32,157 nt of DNA. Source: Candidatus Thorarchaeota archaeon (lineage in GTDB: Archaea; Asgardarchaeota; Thorarchaeia; Thorarchaeales; Thorarchaeaceae). Under the pieces are notes generated by a model. The model did no database searches and was not told the origin of the DNA. It was given only the letters and a program-made list of their open reading frames with translations. The position numbers and the translations under genes were made by a program. The stretch spans positions 1 through 32,157 of the forward strand of contig JAFGAR010000060.1 in assembly GCA_016933575.1 (NCBI GenBank), read 5' to 3'. Positions 9,543-18,679 of this stretch are shown piece by piece. Every line of letters starts with the position of its first letter. Position 1 is the first letter of the stretch.

Positions 9543-10241
9543 CTACTCATCATGGTCTGCAGGTTTTTCTGAATGTATGTAGTAGAATGCAAGGATTAGG
9601 AACACTGAGGCTAGGAGTAATGGGATGAGACCCAAGTGAATTTGCGACCCGGAACGCACTACTGAGCTTGGTTGCCATGAAGGAACCTGATCGATGAACT
9701 GAAGATAAACAGCAACTGCGCAGAAACAGATTGACACACCCCCTAATAGATCAAGTTTCAGGTTCTTTTCACGCAACATCGATGATGAGAGAACGACAAA
9801 TGAAAGCATAAGGAATGCCAGAGAGTAGATGAGAAATCCGTAGTCTAGCATATTCCACCAGGATAGCCATGTAGCAGGATCGGGAAAGGTCGTTGAATTT
9901 GGTATCGTGTAGAGGTAGGCGGTCCATTGTAAATTGAAATATGAAGATGCAAGGAATATACTGGTAGATAGAATAGCAAGAGGATTTCTCAATGGCATAA
10001 GAAAATAAAAAGATCCCAATGATAGGAAGATAGACCCACAGACCAGTACTGGGCCAATGATCAATAATGCACTTGGCATATAGAAGGTGAATGAGAAGAG
10101 GTAGGAGCTATACCAGAAGCTATACCATTGATTCCAACCCTCAAATCCAGTTCCTAAAAGCAAGGGCAATGTTACAAAGACTCCTGCTAATCCTGTAAAT
10201 GATAATCCTAACAAAAAATCATAGATCTTTGATTTCATCAT
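9543..10241 (-). CDS. Integral membrane protein (~6 TM), unknown function
   Basis: 232 aa, strongly hydrophobic; GAGGA upstream of ATG. Confidence 0.75.
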   Translation of the reverse strand: MMKSKIYDFLLGLSFTGLAGVFVTLPLLLGTGFEGWNQWYSFWYSSYLFSFTFYMPSALLIIGPVLVCGSIFLSLGSFYFLMPLRNPLAILSTSIFLASSYFNLQWTAYLYTIPNSTTFPDPATWLSWWNMLDYGFLIYSLAFLMLSFVVLSSSMLREKNLKLDLLGGVSICFCAVAVYLQFIDQVPSWQPSSVVRSGSQIHLGLIPLLLASVFLILAFYYIHSEKPADHDE

Positions 10242-10380
10242 CTATCCTCTGCTTTGTTACAACACATTTTTCATGGAAATCCGTAGCTCGATACAGATAA
10301 CATTGTGGTTGAAAGTAACAGAGGCAACCAACAAAATTCTCGGTTGTTTAGCCAGTGTTGGTAAGGATTACCTTCAATAG

Positions 10381-10415
10381 AGAAAAAAAGAAGGGATTTG
10401 ATTCAACCCCTTCTT
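10381..10415 (-). terminator. Hairpin plus poly-T terminator of the EEP-LTD gene
   Basis: AAGAAGGG(10388-95)/CCCTTCTT(10408-15) stem running into a T tract on the minus strand, 14 nt after the stop. Confidence 0.75.
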
Positions 10416-10428
10416 GGACTCTTATTAG

Positions 10429-13400
10429 TTAGATTCTCTTGATTATGGATATGGCTGCATATAGTTCGACGCTTGAGAGTGGTGTAGGTCCAGTATTCGA
10501 TGCACCGGGTGTGGGAGATGTGAAGGTAGTCCAAGTAGTGCCGCCATCGATTTCCCGACCGTAGCTGACATCATCTGAAGAGCTCCCATAGGCGTATGTG
10601 TCTAAGACCGTCACACCATCAGGATTGATGTAATTCACATTGTCGCCAGCATTGTTCAATGCGATATTAGTCACACCCTGATAGAATACCAAGAATCCAT
10701 GCGCTGGAATGACTGTGCCAGAGGGAATAGTGTAGGGGGCAGTACCACCACCGATGAGATCATCGATGATGTAGCCTGAGATATCTACAGCCACATCTAA
10801 GGGATTATAGAGTTCAATCCACTCTTCAGTATAGAGCGTATTAGGGTCAGGTAAAAATTCGTTTATTAGAATCGAATCGCCTGAGCTGGATGGGACAAAA
10901 TTGGACGCTCCCGGTGTAGGAGTATCAAAGGTTATCCATGTTGAAGACCCATCGGTCTCTCGACCATAGCTGATATCATCAGCAGAACTTGTGTACACAA
11001 ATGTATCGAGTATGGTGACGCCATCAGGCATGAGATAGTTGACTGTATCTCCAGCATTATTCAGACCGATATTAGTCACACCCTGATAGAACACTATGAA
11101 ACCATGAGCAGAGATGGTTGTACCTGTTGGGATAGTATATGGACTGGTTCCTCCGCCAATTAGATCATCAAGAACATATCCTGAGATATCCACGGTCTCG
11201 CCCAGAGGGTTGTAGAGCTCAATCCACTCCTCAGTGTATAGACTGTTAGGATCGGGCAAGAATTCGTTAATGAGAACAGCATCACCATTAGCAAGGGAGC
11301 CAGCATTTGATGCGCCAGGGGTTGGCACATCAAAGGTTATCCATATCGAAGATCCATCTGTCTCTCGACCATAGCTGATATCATCAGCAGAACTTGTATA
11401 CACAAATGTATCGAGCACCGTCATACCATCGGGGCTGATGTAGTTCACAGTATCTCCAGCATTGTTCAATGCGATATTTGTAGTGCCTTGGTAGAAAACG
11501 ATGAATCCGTAAGCAGGAATTGTAGTACCTGCAGGTATCGTGTAAGGCGCAGTCCCGCCACCAATGAGGTCATCGATGATGTAACCAGAGATGTCAACTA
11601 CTTCACTCAGAGGATTGTAGAGTTCAATCCATTCTTCCGAATAGAGTGTGTTGGGATCAGGGAGGAACTCATTTAGGAGAATTAAGTCCCCAATACCTGT
11701 ACCTGCACCATTTGATGCACCCGGTGTAGGAGTATCAAAAGTTGTCCAAATGGATGAACCATCAGTTTCCCGACCGTAACTTGTGTCATCAGCTGAAGTA
11801 GTGTAAGTATATGAATCAAGGACAGTTGTACCATCAGGCATGAGATAGTTGACTGTATCTCCAGCATTATTCAATCCAATATTGGTAACACTCTGGTAGA
11901 GTACAAGATAGCCATATGCAGGGATTGTAGTTCCAAATGGAATCGTATACGGCGCAGTCCCGCCAGTAGTTATGTCATCAAGGACATATCCGGATACATT
12001 GACTGTTTCACCTAATGGATTGTACAACTCTATCCATTCTTCGGTATAGAGTGTATTAGGATCGGGGAGGAACTCATTAATGAGAACCGAATCACCATTT
12101 GCTAATATGATAATATTTGCAGCTCCAGGGGTTGGAGTAGTGAAGGTTATCCATGTTGGTGAACCATCAGACTCTCTACCATAGCTCACATCATCTGTGG
12201 AGGATGAATATGTGTAGGAATCAATTACTGTCACACCATCGGGCTTCAAAAGATTGACTGTATCTCCAGCATTGTTCAATCCCACTCCAGTTGCGCCTTG
12301 GTAAAGAACAAGGTAACCATATGCTGGGATAACAGTACCAGCAGGAATGGAATATGGATTAGTACCGCCAGTTGTGATATCATCCAGAATATATGCTGAT
12401 AGATCGGCATCCAGAGCCTGTGGATTATAGAACTCCACCCATTCCTCGGTGTAGAGGGCATATGGATCTGGTAGAAATTCATTGATTAGCACAAGGTCTG
12501 CATCTCCGCCCTCTTCAGTAGTAGCAGTGATGGCTGACGATTTTAGTCCCTCATTGATACTTGTATCAACAGCTGATACTTCATAGGTATACATTGTTAG
12601 AGGATCCAATCCAACATCGCTGTAAGAGGTTCCCAATACTTGTGCATTCAAGACACCATCACGATATACTCTGTAATGAGAGATATCAGGTTCTGTGTTA
12701 GCATCCCAAGATAGGTCAATCTGAGACATGCTTACCGTGTTTGCACTTAGACCAGTAACCTGTGCAGGTGGAACTGAATCAGGTTCTGTTATTGAGTCAA
12801 GCTGGATAAAGACGTCGACTGAGTAATGGTCGGATCCAGTATCTGCGGTTAGTGTATCTCCAACAGTAGAGTTGATCAATCGGTCTTCGAAGTATGAATT
12901 GACCACGATGAAATCAATCCGAGAGAGATACTGAGCATCCTGATGACCATAGCTGTAACCGGGATCGGTAGGATTCAAAGTTCGAAAGACATCTGTGTAA
13001 TTATGGACAGTAGAAGAGTACTGACCGTAGATTGGATCATCAGGGCGCATTGTCATGGTCATAGGACCATACCCCAGATCGCCAAGGGGAGCTAGATCCC
13101 CTGTATCATCCGGTGAGAATGAATTCAGGTCGCCCATGTACATGATTGGTACATCACCAAGACTGTCCATGTAGTTAATGATGCCCTCGGTCTCACGTTC
13201 TCGTCTAAATTCGTTTTCAGCACCAGACATTGCCTTGAGATGCGCACCGAAGATATGAACATCGATACCATCAATATTCACTACTGCCTCTACAAAATCA
13301 TGTGTAACAGTATACTCTGTGGTGTCATCAAGAGTTACAATTGGTATCTGATTGAAGGAAATGATGGGGATTCTACTCAGGATTGCTGCGCCGCTAGTAG

Positions 13401-14007
13401 CATATTGTATGTCTTCAGCACAGTACCCAGTATAGGGGAGTTCGTCAAGGAAATATGTATTGAATTCATTGACCACTTGATTCAGGATATAGTTATCATT
13501 GTCATCCCAAGTTCCGGTCTCGACTACAACCAGAATATCAGGATCCTCTTCCTTCACGACTTGCTTCCAATCTGGATTTGTCCCAGACGCCTCAATGTTG
13601 TAACTCATGATCTTCAACGCATCGCGGGCTCTGTTATCGACAGTCACAGTGATTGATGCTTCGCCCCAACGCCAAGATCGGTCTATGGCACGACAGGTGA
13701 TGACATGTTCACCATAAGACTCCTCAGTCGTGTTCCAAACGTAAAGTGTGGACCAAGACTTGACTGTACCATCGATAAGAATTTGATACCAGCGAATGGG
13801 TCTTTTATCAACTGCCGTGAAATTCACGGTCACTATTCCAGAGAGTGTTGCTCCATCTTCGGGACTGTTTATTATGATTGTTGGCGGAGATTTGTTTCCA
13901 TGCCGCCACCACCAATGAAATCCACAAGCTTCAGCTGTTGATGTGAATGCAACACTCACCATCAAGAATGATAGAATAAGAAGAATACCTACTCTCTTTC
14001 TATTCAA
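10429..14007 (-). CDS. Secreted endonuclease/exonuclease/phosphatase (EEP) protein: signal peptide, Ig-like, EEP, FN3, five lamin-tail domains
   Basis: EEP motifs SYNI, VVET, AHLKA, MGDLN, RIDFI, SDHY; FN3 (PPAQVTGL...IDLSW...YEVSAVD); five INEFLPDP..EEWIELYNP...PTPGASN repeats; TTG start with GGAGG. Confidence 0.92.
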   Translation of the reverse strand: MNRKRVGILLILSFLMVSVAFTSTAEACGFHWWWRHGNKSPPTIIINSPEDGATLSGIVTVNFTAVDKRPIRWYQILIDGTVKSWSTLYVWNTTEESYGEHVITCRAIDRSWRWGEASITVTVDNRARDALKIMSYNIEASGTNPDWKQVVKEEDPDILVVVETGTWDDNDNYILNQVVNEFNTYFLDELPYTGYCAEDIQYATSGAAILSRIPIISFNQIPIVTLDDTTEYTVTHDFVEAVVNIDGIDVHIFGAHLKAMSGAENEFRRERETEGIINYMDSLGDVPIMYMGDLNSFSPDDTGDLAPLGDLGYGPMTMTMRPDDPIYGQYSSTVHNYTDVFRTLNPTDPGYSYGHQDAQYLSRIDFIVVNSYFEDRLINSTVGDTLTADTGSDHYSVDVFIQLDSITEPDSVPPAQVTGLSANTVSMSQIDLSWDANTEPDISHYRVYRDGVLNAQVLGTSYSDVGLDPLTMYTYEVSAVDTSINEGLKSSAITATTEEGGDADLVLINEFLPDPYALYTEEWVEFYNPQALDADLSAYILDDITTGGTNPYSIPAGTVIPAYGYLVLYQGATGVGLNNAGDTVNLLKPDGVTVIDSYTYSSSTDDVSYGRESDGSPTWITFTTPTPGAANIIILANGDSVLINEFLPDPNTLYTEEWIELYNPLGETVNVSGYVLDDITTGGTAPYTIPFGTTIPAYGYLVLYQSVTNIGLNNAGDTVNYLMPDGTTVLDSYTYTTSADDTSYGRETDGSSIWTTFDTPTPGASNGAGTGIGDLILLNEFLPDPNTLYSEEWIELYNPLSEVVDISGYIIDDLIGGGTAPYTIPAGTTIPAYGFIVFYQGTTNIALNNAGDTVNYISPDGMTVLDTFVYTSSADDISYGRETDGSSIWITFDVPTPGASNAGSLANGDAVLINEFLPDPNSLYTEEWIELYNPLGETVDISGYVLDDLIGGGTSPYTIPTGTTISAHGFIVFYQGVTNIGLNNAGDTVNYLMPDGVTILDTFVYTSSADDISYGRETDGSSTWITFDTPTPGASNFVPSSSGDSILINEFLPDPNTLYTEEWIELYNPLDVAVDISGYIIDDLIGGGTAPYTIPSGTVIPAHGFLVFYQGVTNIALNNAGDNVNYINPDGVTVLDTYAYGSSSDDVSYGREIDGGTTWTTFTSPTPGASNTGPTPLSSVELYAAISIIKRI
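10495..12500 (-). repeat. Five tandem intragenic LTD-coding repeats, 405-bp period
   Basis: The Asn codon of NEFLPDP starts at 12483, 12078, 11673, 11268 and 10863 (exactly 405 apart). Confidence 0.95.
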
Positions 14008-14267
14008 AACCTATGCCTCCTAACGCAATTAACCAGATTAAAGTTGAATCTTCTTCGAAAATGACTCTGTTATAAATATAGAGGATTGTAAACCAAAACA
14101 GAGCTATGTTAAACCTATACACATTACACTATGAGTGAAATCAACGCGTCATGATTTGTGTTCACTCTCTCAAAACATAAATTAGGTGGTTAATATTCTA
14201 ATTTTTCATTAATTTGGTTGATAAATCAAGTAAATGAATTCGCAAGGAGAGGAAAATTACGAAGAGA

Positions 14268-17180
14268 GTGGGTACACTGTTTTTCATTCTTTTTCTTGTA
14301 ATCGCTCCAATGGTATCAATACTCAATCTTTCCTTTGTAACCGAAGTCACAGGTTCTATTTTTGGGGTTTCTAGACCCGACCTAGTGAATGTCGATGGTC
14401 AGCAATCTCGTACTGATGCAGATGTGGAGCTCAATATGATGTTCTTTGCCCAAGCAGGGCCAAATGATAATGACATCTACTATGTCTGTCGACGCGGCAC
14501 AGATACTATTGCCTATTTTGGGATTTCTAAAATCCAATATTGCGTTGGCGATACGATACTGAGTCTCGATTTCCCGGGCAGTAGACAGGTCAATCCCATT
14601 GGCGAGGAACCAACTGGCTCTGTTACAAACTATTTACTTGGCAATAGTCCTGACAGATGGATAACAGGACTAGAAGACTGTGCTGTCCTCAGATATGGTG
14701 AAATCTATCCTGGCATTGACCTGGTTTACCGGCTGTCTGATGGCGCCTTCAAGTATGAGTTCGTAGTTTCGCCGTATGCCGATCCTGAGGTCATTCAGAT
14801 GAAGTATTCCAATGCTGGTATGGTAGAAATAGATGGAAACCGGCTTGAAGTGGCGATATCAGGATTCTCTTTCCGAGACAGCGGTCTACTGGCATTCCAG
14901 AGTAGCATGGAAAACGAGGTTTCCTGCACTTTTAGAAAGATGGACCGAGAAACGGTAGGTTTCTCGGTCAACAGGTATGACAGGTCCTCACTACTTACAA
15001 TAGACCCCGTACTTGCCTTCAGTACCTTCCTTGGAGGGTCTAGTTCTGATGAAGGACGAGGGATTGCTGTGGAGGATGGTTTTCTCTATGTGACCGGTAC
15101 CACGAGCTCTGCTAACTTCCCAGTTGGCCTTGGCTATGATTCGAGTCACAATGGAGCTGTGGACTGCTTTGTCTGCAAATTCTCTGATGACGGCCAAACG
15201 ATGGTGTACAGTACTTATATTGGAGGCTCTTCAAACGATGAACCGTGGGATATTGCAGTAGAAGACGGATACGCATACATAACAGGCACAACTGCTTCCA
15301 ATAACTATCCCACAGCAAATGCGTATGATTCAACCTATAACACGAACAACGATATCTTCCTGACGAAACTCTCTACATCAGGAGCATCTCTTGTCTATAG
15401 CACATATATAGGGGGAACTTCAAGTGATGTGGGATTGGGTCTTGCAGTTGAGGATGATTATGCATACGTCACAGGAACAACGTCTTCAACTAACTACCCG
15501 ACAGTTAGTGCCTATGATTCAACTCATAATGGGGGTTCTGATGTCTTCATCACCAAGTTTGCGACCAATGGCATGTCGTTGGCATATAGCACCTTCATCG
15601 GAGGAACTGATTCGGACTCAGCATATGGTCTTGATGTTGAAGATGGTTTTGCCTATGTCACTGGATTTACCTATTCGTCCAATTATCCTGTAGCTAATGC
15701 ATTCCAAGAAAGTATTGGTGGAAGCTCAGATAGTTTTGTGACGAAGCTCAGTACTAACGGCCAAATCTTGAACTACAGCTCGTATTTGGGAGGCTCTAAT
15801 ATTGATTGGGGTCGGGGTATCGATGTAGACAAAGGTTTTGCTTATGTTACTGGTTGGACAGATTCCGCTGACTATCCCACAGCAAATGCTTTCGATTCAT
15901 CACTGTCTGGTAGTCAGGCGTGTTTTGTAGCTAAGGTCAATATAGAAGGAAATTCTCTTGTATTCAGCACTTATTTGGGCAGCGATGATTATTCAGAAGG
16001 TCGGAGTATTGTGGTAGGTGAGGGATGCGCCTTCGTAACAGGATTGACTGGAGGACACTTCCCCACAATCAATGAGTATAACTCCACGCCTCAAGGTGGA
16101 TATGACTGCTTTGTCACGATGTTCGCACCTGATGGCTTATCCCTTTGCTATAGCAGATACATAGGTTCCATAGGAAGCGATTTTTGTGCCTCCATCGCAT
16201 ATGATGGGCAATCAGTGTATATCACAGGTTCAACGGATTCGGTGGGTTTTCCGCATGTCAACCCTTGGCAAGAGACCTATGCAGGCAATGGCGATTGTTT
16301 CATCCTCAAGATAGCCTCAGGAGACTCTGATTGTGATGCCATTCCCGATTGGACAGAATTTGCAATAGGTACTAATCCCTTCTGCATCGACTCAGATGGC
16401 GATAATTTCCTGGACAAGTATGAGGTAGATTATGGATCTGATCCTCTTGACCCTCTATCCTATCCTTCAATGCCACAAACATGGTACGACGCGATCTATG
16501 AAGACCTTGATGGAAATGCCACCCTGATTCAGAACCTTATCGCATGGTGTGATGGCAATGCTAGCCTCCTCGAAACCGTGATGTGGCAGCTGGATAACAA
16601 CGCTACCTTGCTCACGCAGGTCATCTCCTGGCTTGATGGGAACCATACTTCCATTGAAACTCTCTTCACCTGCCTGAATGGCAACGCAACCCTACTGCTC
16701 ACTGTTGTCAATCAGTTGAATGGCAATGCTACAAGAATCGAACTTATCGCAGCCCTAGTCACTCAGAACACAGCGCTAATTCAAACACTGAACACATCTG
16801 TCATCGGCGATATCGATGAAATACGAGACATCCTCGACCAACTTGGAATTTCTGCAGGCGATGCTGACTGTGACGGATTAGATGACCTCACTGAAATCTC
16901 CCTTGGCACAGATGTTCTCTGTATTGATACAGACTGCGATAACCTGAATGACGCCTTTGAGGTCAAACTCGGAACCGATCCACTTGACGATGATTCAGAC
17001 GGAGACACCTATCTCGACGGGTTGGAGGTCATTGCTGGCACTAATCCTCTAGACGCCTTGGACTATCCAGGAAGACCCCAGGGGATAGACACCACCCTTG
17101 TGATTATCATCGTATCCGGAGTCGGAGTTGTCGTTGTGGTTATGGGCTTTGTACTAAAGAAGTTCAGAGGAAATCGCTGA
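14268..17180 (+). CDS. Membrane-anchored surface protein: N-terminal beta domain, seven SBBP beta-propeller repeats, Ca-binding DxDxDG (TSP3-like) repeats, 14-aa periodic stalk, C-terminal TM
   Basis: YPGIDLVY..KYEFVVSP..DP module; seven [FY]STY[IL]GG..D....IAV repeats; DSDGD/GTDP repeats; xLDGNATLL repeats; TM helix plus KKFR. The start may lie slightly upstream. Confidence 0.9.
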   Translation: MGTLFFILFLVIAPMVSILNLSFVTEVTGSIFGVSRPDLVNVDGQQSRTDADVELNMMFFAQAGPNDNDIYYVCRRGTDTIAYFGISKIQYCVGDTILSLDFPGSRQVNPIGEEPTGSVTNYLLGNSPDRWITGLEDCAVLRYGEIYPGIDLVYRLSDGAFKYEFVVSPYADPEVIQMKYSNAGMVEIDGNRLEVAISGFSFRDSGLLAFQSSMENEVSCTFRKMDRETVGFSVNRYDRSSLLTIDPVLAFSTFLGGSSSDEGRGIAVEDGFLYVTGTTSSANFPVGLGYDSSHNGAVDCFVCKFSDDGQTMVYSTYIGGSSNDEPWDIAVEDGYAYITGTTASNNYPTANAYDSTYNTNNDIFLTKLSTSGASLVYSTYIGGTSSDVGLGLAVEDDYAYVTGTTSSTNYPTVSAYDSTHNGGSDVFITKFATNGMSLAYSTFIGGTDSDSAYGLDVEDGFAYVTGFTYSSNYPVANAFQESIGGSSDSFVTKLSTNGQILNYSSYLGGSNIDWGRGIDVDKGFAYVTGWTDSADYPTANAFDSSLSGSQACFVAKVNIEGNSLVFSTYLGSDDYSEGRSIVVGEGCAFVTGLTGGHFPTINEYNSTPQGGYDCFVTMFAPDGLSLCYSRYIGSIGSDFCASIAYDGQSVYITGSTDSVGFPHVNPWQETYAGNGDCFILKIASGDSDCDAIPDWTEFAIGTNPFCIDSDGDNFLDKYEVDYGSDPLDPLSYPSMPQTWYDAIYEDLDGNATLIQNLIAWCDGNASLLETVMWQLDNNATLLTQVISWLDGNHTSIETLFTCLNGNATLLLTVVNQLNGNATRIELIAALVTQNTALIQTLNTSVIGDIDEIRDILDQLGISAGDADCDGLDDLTEISLGTDVLCIDTDCDNLNDAFEVKLGTDPLDDDSDGDTYLDGLEVIAGTNPLDALDYPGRPQGIDTTLVIIIVSGVGVVVVVMGFVLKKFRGNR
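16503..16796 (+). repeat. Seven degenerate 42-bp (14 aa) coding repeats
   Basis: DLDGNATLIQNLIA / WCDGNASLLETVMW / QLDNNATLLTQVIS / WLDGNHTSIETLFT / CLNGNATLLLTVVN / QLNGNATRIELIAA / LVTQNTALIQTLNT. Confidence 0.85.
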
Positions 17181-17189
17181 TCAATACAT

Positions 17190-17222
17190 GGTCCTAGGGA
17201 GAGATCCCTAGTGACCTTTCTC
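17190..17222 (+). terminator. Hairpin (GAGA tetraloop) plus pyrimidine tract after the SBBP gene
   Basis: GGTC-CTAGGGA-gaga-TCCCTAG-t-GACC followed by TTTCTC. Confidence 0.6.
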
Positions 17223-17362
17223 AATGAACGGGAGTTGAGACCTACTGAGGGATATTGATACTCACGTAACAATCTATTTGTATCGAATGACATCCAAGAG
17301 AGAGTAGTTCTCTCAGGATAACGGAGAGACCTGTAACGAACACGTTGGGAGACAGGTAGACT

Positions 17363-18661
17363 ATGGACATCTCATTCTCAGCAAAGAACATTGCACACTC
17401 GGCTACTTTGGCTATGAATGAACTCATTGCATCAATTCGGGAAAGTGGGGAGAAGGTCTATCATATGGGATTCGGTGAGTCACCCTTTCCTGTACATCAC
17501 CTAATTCGTAAGGCTCTATGCGATAACTCATGGCGCCATAGTTACCTTGCAACACAGGGAATCCTGCCATTGAGAGAGCAGGTGTCTATGTTCTACAAGA
17601 AGATGTTTAATCTTGATTATCCACCTGAGCAGATTGTCATAGGACCGGGAAGTAAACCCCTCATGTTTGCTGCATTGACCGCCCTCGATGGTTCAATCTT
17701 CTTACCAGCACCATCGTGGGTCAGTTACCAACACATGGGGCACTTTCTATCAAGAGAAGTTCATCATATTATCACTAGATCAAAGAATTCCTATCGTCTA
17801 GAACCAGATGCTCTCGTAGGAGCAATTCAAGAGAATGCTCCAGACTCGAAACAACAGAAAGTATTGGTAATGAACTACCCTTGCAATCCTACAGGTCATA
17901 GTTACGATGGACATCAACTGGTAGAGATTGCTGATATTGCACGTGAAAATAATGTCATCGTCCTCTCTGACGAGATATATGCATTGACGCATTTCAGAGA
18001 CCAAGAACATCATAGTATTGCAGAGTTCTATCCAGAGGGAACTCTCATAACAGGTGGACTTTCAAAGGACCGTTCGTTGGGAGGATATCGACTGGGAACT
18101 CTTCTCATACCACCAGATGAGACACCACTACTAAGAGCCATATTGGCAGTTGGAAGCGAGATCTGGTCCTGTGTGTCTGCACCAATCCAATATGCGGGAA
18201 TTGAGGCATATCGAATCGATACAGGACTTGTGGAGTATATTCGAGACTGTGCGACAGTGCACGAGGTTGTTACAAGATATGTCTACCAGAGAATCAGAAC
18301 AATGGATGTTACCTGCCCGTACCCACAGGGTGCATTCTATCTGTTTCCAGATTGGAATGATCGAAGGATGGCTCTCAAGAAAATAGGTATAACGACATCC
18401 AAGGAACTCGCAAATTATCTCCTGGAGAACTATCATGTCGCCAGTCTACCAGGCTCTGAGTTTGGAATGCCGCCAGAGGACTTGTGTCTGCGTCTAGCAA
18501 CAGTTGACTATGATGGAGAACTAGCGCTTGATACTTACCTTGAGGACATGAGTTCTGCACTAGAACATCCAGAGACGTTTGTATCAGCTGTTGCACCATC
18601 TGTTCTTGGCGCATGTGATCAACTGGATCTATTTGCAGCCCATATTAGCTCTGAGGAATAA
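17363..18661 (+). CDS. PLP-dependent aminotransferase class I/II (AspAT-like)
   Basis: GPGSK, PAPSWVSY, NYPCNPTG, SDEIY, GLSKDRSLGGYRLG (PLP lysine), GAFYLF. Confidence 0.93.
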   Translation: MDISFSAKNIAHSATLAMNELIASIRESGEKVYHMGFGESPFPVHHLIRKALCDNSWRHSYLATQGILPLREQVSMFYKKMFNLDYPPEQIVIGPGSKPLMFAALTALDGSIFLPAPSWVSYQHMGHFLSREVHHIITRSKNSYRLEPDALVGAIQENAPDSKQQKVLVMNYPCNPTGHSYDGHQLVEIADIARENNVIVLSDEIYALTHFRDQEHHSIAEFYPEGTLITGGLSKDRSLGGYRLGTLLIPPDETPLLRAILAVGSEIWSCVSAPIQYAGIEAYRIDTGLVEYIRDCATVHEVVTRYVYQRIRTMDVTCPYPQGAFYLFPDWNDRRMALKKIGITTSKELANYLLENYHVASLPGSEFGMPPEDLCLRLATVDYDGELALDTYLEDMSSALEHPETFVSAVAPSVLGACDQLDLFAAHISSEE

Positions 18662-18679
18662 TAGGAGAGATATGGAATC

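Noticed and set aside
10495-12500. Regular repeats as a CRISPR array or DGR template/variable repeats
   Set aside because: The repeats are in-frame 405-bp protein domains with mostly synonymous differences; no spacers, cas genes or reverse transcriptase are present.
17309-17330. CTCTCAGG...ACGGAG resembles the 3' end of a glycine riboswitch aptamer
   Set aside because: The required upstream GGAGAG and CCGAAG elements are absent in the right order.
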